Assembly (NCBI GenBank): GCA_030432465.1
Contig: JAUIHB010000001.1
Coordinates: forward strand, 1-53,696
Direction of reading: 5' to 3'
DNA: 53,696 bases
Origin: Gammaproteobacteria bacterium
GTDB lineage: Bacteria > Pseudomonadota > Gammaproteobacteria > Enterobacterales > Kangiellaceae
Shown here: one piece after another, positions 48,631 through 53,696 of the stretch
How the letters are laid out: each line of letters opens with the position of its first letter
Position numbering within the stretch: the first letter of the stretch is position 1
Position numbers and translations under genes: made by a program
Notes under the pieces: generated by a model
The model's input: only the letters and a program-made list of their open reading frames with translations
Told to the model about the DNA's origin: nothing
Database searches by the model: none

Positions 48631-50292
48631 ATGTTAAGTCGAATCGAAATACGAAATTTTGCAATAATCCAGTCTTTAGATTTAGATTGGTCGAAGGGCA
48701 TGACAGTAATAACTGGAGAAACCGGTGCAGGAAAATCTATTGTTATCGATGCACTTGGTCTAACCCTTGGAGAAAGAAGCGACCACAACGTAATTTACCC
48801 AAAAGCCAACCAAGCCGAAGTAACCGCAATTTTTGAGCTTCACTCTAATTCGGCTGCACAAGACTGGCTCAATGAGCAAGATCTTAATGAAGAAAGCACC
48901 TGTATACTACGTCGAGTAATTGTCAAAGAAGGGCGTAGTAAATGCTTTATCAATGGGCGCAGTGTCACTCAGTCCCAACTAAAAGAATTGGGCAGTTTGT
49001 TGGTTGATATTCATGGACAACATGCCCATCAAACCCTGTTGCGTAGCAAGGAACAGCTTAACTTAGTTGATCGTTATGCCAATCACCAACCTTTACTCGA
49101 TCAAGTAAAACAAGCTAGTCAGACGATAAAACAATTGGAGCTACGCAAACAAAAGCTACAAGAAGCCAAAGTGGCACGTGATGCCAAAAGAGATTTACTC
49201 ACTTATCAAGTGAATGAGCTTGCTGAAGCAAATCCTGAAGAAAGCTTTCTAAATGAATTAGAAGAAAAACATCGTCAAGCTGCAACGGTACAAGAACGAT
49301 TAGAAATTGCCCAACAAAGCCTCTTATGGCTGGATGATGATGATGGCAATAGCATTTTAAGCAATTTGGCACGTATAGTTGAACAAACAGACAAATTGCA
49401 ATCTCTGGATAAACAAGCGAACTCTTTGTATGAAACCCTTGTTCAAGCCGAAAGTTTACTTCAGGATGCGAAAGGTGACCTGAATCATTATTGTGACCGA
49501 CTAGATGGTGATCCCGAAGCACTTGCAGAACTCGATAGCCAATTAGCTCAATTTCATGATCTCGCTCGCAAACACCATATTAGATTGGAGCAACTTCCTG
49601 CACATTTCGAAGCCTTACAGCAAGAACTCATGCAAATTAATGCAGATGACACTGAACTCAATAATATTGAACAAGAATATCAAACAGCAATCGCCAATTA
49701 TCAGAGCAAAGCCATAAAGCTTTCTAAAAGTCGTACCAGCACCGCCAAAAAATTACAAAAACTGGTTACCGAGCAGATTCAATTATTAGCAATGGATGGC
49801 GGAAAGTTAGAAATTCAATTAAAACCCATAGAAAACACCTATAGTAGTCATGGCGCCGAAACAGCAGAATTTATGGTCTCAGCCAACCCCGGTCAACCAT
49901 TACAACCTCTCAACAAAGTTGCCTCTGGCGGCGAGCTTTCTCGGATCAGTTTAGCCATAGCCGTTATTACCGCACAACAACAACTTGTTCCCAGTTTAAT
50001 TTTTGATGAGGTGGATGTTGGTATTGGAGGCGGAACAGCAGAAGTTGTTGGGCGGCTATTAAAGCAACTTGGCGACAATCGTCAGGTCATCTGTGTCACT
50101 CATCAACCACAAGTAGCTTCTTGTGGACACCATCATTTAATTGCCAGTAAAACTAAACTTGCTAACGCAACAGTGACAAAAATGACATTACTAAATCAAG
50201 AACAACGCATCGAAGAAATAGGGCGCATGTTAGGCGGTTTGGTTATTTCCGAGAAAACCTTATCACATGCTAAAGAAATGCTGGGGGTTTAA
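48631..50292 (+). CDS. recN: DNA repair protein RecN
   Basis: TGETGAGKS, IHGQH, ASGGELSR, FDEVD, VTHQPQVA; conserved nadK-recN order. Confidence 0.97.
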   Translation: MLSRIEIRNFAIIQSLDLDWSKGMTVITGETGAGKSIVIDALGLTLGERSDHNVIYPKANQAEVTAIFELHSNSAAQDWLNEQDLNEESTCILRRVIVKEGRSKCFINGRSVTQSQLKELGSLLVDIHGQHAHQTLLRSKEQLNLVDRYANHQPLLDQVKQASQTIKQLELRKQKLQEAKVARDAKRDLLTYQVNELAEANPEESFLNELEEKHRQAATVQERLEIAQQSLLWLDDDDGNSILSNLARIVEQTDKLQSLDKQANSLYETLVQAESLLQDAKGDLNHYCDRLDGDPEALAELDSQLAQFHDLARKHHIRLEQLPAHFEALQQELMQINADDTELNNIEQEYQTAIANYQSKAIKLSKSRTSTAKKLQKLVTEQIQLLAMDGGKLEIQLKPIENTYSSHGAETAEFMVSANPGQPLQPLNKVASGGELSRISLAIAVITAQQQLVPSLIFDEVDVGIGGGTAEVVGRLLKQLGDNRQVICVTHQPQVASCGHHHLIASKTKLANATVTKMTLLNQEQRIEEIGRMLGGLVISEKTLSHAKEMLGV

Positions 50293-50310
50293 AGCAACTC
50301 CCATAGCCAT

Positions 50311-50763
50311 TTAGAGTTTTCTTTTTCGCATTAATAATTCGTCATATTCGGGAACAATAAGTGCCTCCAATGACCCTACCTGCTTAAACCCTGCAGCAAT
50401 ATACCAATTAAAAGCTTTTTTGTTAAAAGAAGAAACACATAAATAAGCATTATCAAATTCTTGAAATATTTTATTTTCCTCGAACTCCCACAAACGCTTA
50501 CCTAAACCTAATCCTCTATAATGAGAAGAAACCATTAAAGATTTTATAGAGCCTCCAGCAAACATACCATTGAGAATAAGAACAAGAAAGCCAGCTAATT
50601 CTTCATTAACCATTAACCTATAACAGTCATGTTCAGGATGGCTAAAATTTGAAACCGCCTGAGGCAAAGTACGTCCAACTTTTTTCTAAGGATCACTAGA
50701 TATCATTAGGTTAGCACAAGGCCCAATAAATTCAGAAGTTATCGACTTAATTGCTACTTTCAT
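50311..50763 (-). pseudogene. GNAT acetyltransferase interrupted by an in-frame TAG at codon 26
   Basis: ATG at 50763 reads MKVAIKSITSEFIGPCANLMISSDP*KKVGRTLPQAVSNF..., in frame with the 50311..50667 ORF carrying RGLGLG and N..A..WY...GF GNAT motifs. Confidence 0.75.
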
Positions 50764-50834
50764 AGATTAAATAACTCACAAATAACTATTAGAGGTTAAT
50801 ATGGAAGTTCCTGCTCAATACAATCATTTAATAA

Positions 50835-52412
50835 CTAATGCCCCAAATCTTCTAAATATAGGTGATACAACTTAGGCTCCATAATTGAATTTTCCGGCAC
50901 ATCAATTTTTGCAATATCGCTACTGAAATTTCGAGCACCTTGCATAACTTCTTTACTCACCCAGATAGGTTCATTACCGAAAATATATTCTGTTGGAAAG
51001 GCATTTTCTTTTGTCGCCATATGAAATCCCCAGACACCGAAGGAGGGCACTGTAATTTGAAAGCTTTCTGTTTTATCAAAAACAGTAGCCAGTGTTTTTT
51101 CAATTCCCCAATAAGTTCGACGAGTAAAAAAGGGAGAGGAGCTCTGGGAAACAAGAACACCATCAGCCGTCATTCGTCGTGCGATCATTTTGTAAAACTC
51201 TTTTGAATAGAGCTTGTTAATAGCTTCATTATGCGGATCAGGCATATCCACAATCACTCTATCATACAATCTGCCAGGTTGATTGATGAAATTAAAAGCA
51301 TCGTCGTTATGTACGAAAACTTTTTCATTATGTAAACTTTCTTTATTTAACATAGCGAGCATTGGGAGCTCTTTTCCCATACGCGTCATTTCAGGATCGA
51401 TATCAACCAAATCAATATGTTTAACATCTGAATATTTTAGTAGCTCTCGTGCTGCTAACCCATCACCACCACCTAAAATTAATATATTTTCTTTTTTTCC
51501 TTCAATAGACATAACTGGATGAACCAATGCTTCGTGATAGCGGTACTCATCACGCGATGAAAACTGAATATGTCCATCAATAAATAGCCGGTAATCCCGA
51601 GTACTATTTGATCGAGTTAAAGTTAATTTTTGATAAGGTGTTTGTTTTTGATAAATAATTTGATCAAAATATAAATGACTCTCCGCAAAACTGGTAAGAC
51701 GTGTTCCCATCACCATAAAAATAATTAGAGCGATTAATATTAACCAAGCGGTCGTCAGTAATAATTTATAATGCCTGAGATATTTTTTGAAAAAGACAAT
51801 ATTAATCAGCGCCGTTAAAATATTCGCAAGTCCTATGGCAAAAGACGATCGAATAAGTCCTAAATGTGGTAGTAATAGTAAAGGAAAACTAATTGAGCCA
51901 ATAAGCGCTCCGATGTAATCGAGAGACATAACATTTGCAATTGAATCTCGCATACTTTGTTTCTGCGACAAAATAGTTGTCAATATTGGAATTTCCATAC
52001 CAACTAAAGCACCGATGATGATGATTAATCCATACATCACCACACTATAAATGGCATTCGTTAAAGGAAATGCAATAAACAACAACATGCTGCAAGCACC
52101 ACCAACCAAAGAAATAACCACTTCGATTAAAATAAAATTGTGTATATGATCTTGACCGATGAGCTTAGATAAATAACTACCGATTCCCATCGCAAACATA
52201 AAAGTACCGATGGTTAAGGAAAACTGGTAAACACTGTTTCCTAAAAGGTAGGAAGAAACCGTTCCGATGATTAGTTGATAAGCGATGCCACACAAAGCAA
52301 CAATCAAGATTGATGCGAGTAAAATACCACTCTGGCGTTGACTAATGTCTATGATTTTTTCTTGATGGTGTGCATTCTGATTATCTACAGGCACAACAGA
52401 ATTATCGGTCAT
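50835..52412 (-). CDS. Membrane-anchored polyamine aminopropyltransferase (spermidine synthase-like), paralog 2
   Basis: About 7 TM N-terminus (CGIAYQL, GMEIPIL, LDYIGAL); IQFSSRDEYRYHE, ILGGGDG, VDMPDP, VPSFGVWG. Confidence 0.92.
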   Translation of the reverse strand: MTDNSVVPVDNQNAHHQEKIIDISQRQSGILLASILIVALCGIAYQLIIGTVSSYLLGNSVYQFSLTIGTFMFAMGIGSYLSKLIGQDHIHNFILIEVVISLVGGACSMLLFIAFPLTNAIYSVVMYGLIIIIGALVGMEIPILTTILSQKQSMRDSIANVMSLDYIGALIGSISFPLLLLPHLGLIRSSFAIGLANILTALINIVFFKKYLRHYKLLLTTAWLILIALIIFMVMGTRLTSFAESHLYFDQIIYQKQTPYQKLTLTRSNSTRDYRLFIDGHIQFSSRDEYRYHEALVHPVMSIEGKKENILILGGGDGLAARELLKYSDVKHIDLVDIDPEMTRMGKELPMLAMLNKESLHNEKVFVHNDDAFNFINQPGRLYDRVIVDMPDPHNEAINKLYSKEFYKMIARRMTADGVLVSQSSSPFFTRRTYWGIEKTLATVFDKTESFQITVPSFGVWGFHMATKENAFPTEYIFGNEPIWVSKEVMQGARNFSSDIAKIDVPENSIMEPKLYHLYLEDLGH

Positions 52413-52438
52413 ATTAAATCACTAAATATAAGAACACT

Positions 52439-52470
52439 AAAAACAAACTGGCCAGCAAAAAGCTGACCAG
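52439..52470 (-). terminator. Intra-operon hairpin/terminator between lipoprotein and aminopropyltransferase genes
   Basis: Minus strand CUGGUCAGC-UUUUU-GCUGGCCAG followed by UUUGUUUUU; one U-G wobble. Confidence 0.7.
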
Positions 52471-52497
52471 CGTAATAAAACTAAATTATTAAAACTC

Positions 52498-53070
52498 TTA
52501 TTTACCGCGAGTGTGGCTACCTGAACTAGAGCGAGTACGCGCGCTACTATATTGAGATTTTGACATGGCCGATTTATTACTTAGCGACTTAGGATTAACG
52601 CCTGCCGCTCTTTGACGACTTAACAAGCTGCCAATTAATAAACCAGCAAGTAATCCTGTTCCACTGAAACTGTGATCACGAACATAACCATTAGTGTCAG
52701 AAGCAATCAAACGTTGTTTTTCACCGTCAATTTCAACTTTAAATAAATCTTTTTCACCTGAATCACGTTGCTGATTATCATTTTTATCATAATAACCCGA
52801 AAAAGAACCATCTTCGTTTGCGTTGATACCTACGGGCCCAGGATGAACGCCAGGATTTGCAGCACGCATATTCGTTTGTAATGCCGCAGCGAAATCTTGT
52901 ACTGCGGTTTCTTGTTGCTTGGTCTCTTCTTTTTCAAACTGATATAAAGTATCAGAGGTGACATCTAACACACGATCAAGATTAGCACTCTCAACTTTCT
53001 CAGAGCATGCCGTTATTAAAATGGTTGTCGAAAGAATCCCACTTGCAATTAATGTTTTTAGATTTAACAT
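52498..53070 (-). CDS. Lipoprotein with Gly-zipper-like hydrophobic segment and Ser/Arg-rich tail ending TRGK
   Basis: Lipobox ITAC; DKNDNQQRD EF-hand-like loop; GTGLLAGLLIGSLL; tail SSARTRSSSGSHTRGK; AAGGAG RBS. Confidence 0.8.
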   Translation of the reverse strand: MLNLKTLIASGILSTTILITACSEKVESANLDRVLDVTSDTLYQFEKEETKQQETAVQDFAAALQTNMRAANPGVHPGPVGINANEDGSFSGYYDKNDNQQRDSGEKDLFKVEIDGEKQRLIASDTNGYVRDHSFSGTGLLAGLLIGSLLSRQRAAGVNPKSLSNKSAMSKSQYSSARTRSSSGSHTRGK

Positions 53071-53131
53071 TGTTACTCCTTACTCTTTTATTTAATATAT
53101 TTACTGAACTTTTTACTATGAAAAACAGAAA

Positions 53132-53696
53132 TTAACTTTTCTCTGCTTGTTTTATTTGAATCTGATAGTGCACTTCATCGACCCCATCTTCGTAATAATC
53201 TTTTAAACACCCCACAACATCAAAACCTGCATTGAGTAATATTTTTTGTATTTTGTGGTAAGTTGAAGGAAAGCTTAATACCACTTGCTGAGCACCTGCT
53301 GCATAAGCAGCATCTAATCCGGTATAAATATCTGATACGCCAAAGCTGCCTTTCCACCATTTGGCAGGCTCCCACTCAAAACTATAAGTTGCTTCTGTCT
53401 CAGATACACAAAACATACCTACAAATTTAAGTGCTGGTTTTTCTTCTGCGTGTTGTGGTGTAGCATCACTCGGAATAAGTCTCAAACCTAAAATAATCAT
53501 CGATTCATCGAGATCATAGTAATTAGCTAGTTTAACTTCTTCTTCAAATTCAAACTTCTGATAAAGCTGTAATGCCGCAGCGTAAATAGGGCCATCTTCT
53601 GGATCTACATAATCGCTAATCTTTATAAATACTTTTCGTGCACCAAGCGTTTTTAACTCATCAATGATGAATTCCATCATTTGACGACCATAGCCT
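53132..53696 (-). CDS. Tandem-GNAT acetyltransferase, 5' end outside the window
   Basis: Frame open to the window edge (GYGRQMMEF = acetyl-CoA-binding motif); two repeats of LYQKFEF...LANYY / LLNAGF...LKDYY. Confidence 0.75.
   Translation of the reverse strand, partial: GYGRQMMEFIIDELKTLGARKVFIKISDYVDPEDGPIYAAALQLYQKFEFEEEVKLANYYDLDESMIILGLRLIPSDATPQHAEEKPALKFVGMFCVSETEATYSFEWEPAKWWKGSFGVSDIYTGLDAAYAAGAQQVVLSFPSTYHKIQKILLNAGFDVVGCLKDYYEDGVDEVHYQIQIKQAEKS

Noticed and set aside
52982-53008. CIRCE left arm TTAGCACTC
   Set aside because: Inside a coding region and the right arm (TCAGAGCAT) does not match GAGTGCTAA.
1-53696. CRISPR arrays, tRNA/rRNA genes, transposases, integrases, prophage genes
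   Set aside because: None recognised by inspection of intergenic regions and ORF translations; short or divergent ncRNAs cannot be excluded without covariance-model searches.

Overview
AT-rich chromosomal window from a gammaproteobacterium, probably marine (inferred from gene content; taxon not determinable from sequence alone). Housekeeping blocks: pabA/trpG-rpe, sucA-sucB, maeA, priA, dapB, hrcA-grpE-dnaK-dnaJ (two clear sigma32 promoters) and nadK-recN. Accessory content: secreted proteases, a GAF-GAF-GGDEF-EAL protein, a three-gene 2-oxoacid:acceptor oxidoreductase (KorCAB-like) running directly into dapB, and a MarR / Cys-rich peptide / SigZ-like ECF module. The most notable feature is an ~11 kb co-directional envelope locus (15610->4626): lipoprotein, DUF350, membrane-anchored spermidine-synthase-like enzyme, YjfI, PspA, DUF4178-like, tandem ribbon-helix-helix protein, K+ channel, membrane protein, SF1 helicase-nuclease, L,D-transpeptidase. 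It has an internal sigma70 promoter bracketed by two identical palindromes (GACAT-AAA-ATGTC). A second membrane-anchored spermidine-synthase-like gene near the window end is again preceded by a lipoprotein. The two lipoproteins show no evident homology but both end in an Arg/Ser/Gly-rich tail terminating in -RGK, suggesting (inference) a tail-lysine-directed polyamine modification system. One GNAT gene carries an in-frame TAG. No tRNA, rRNA, CRISPR array or IS element was recognised. All family assignments are from motif recognition by eye; no database search was run.
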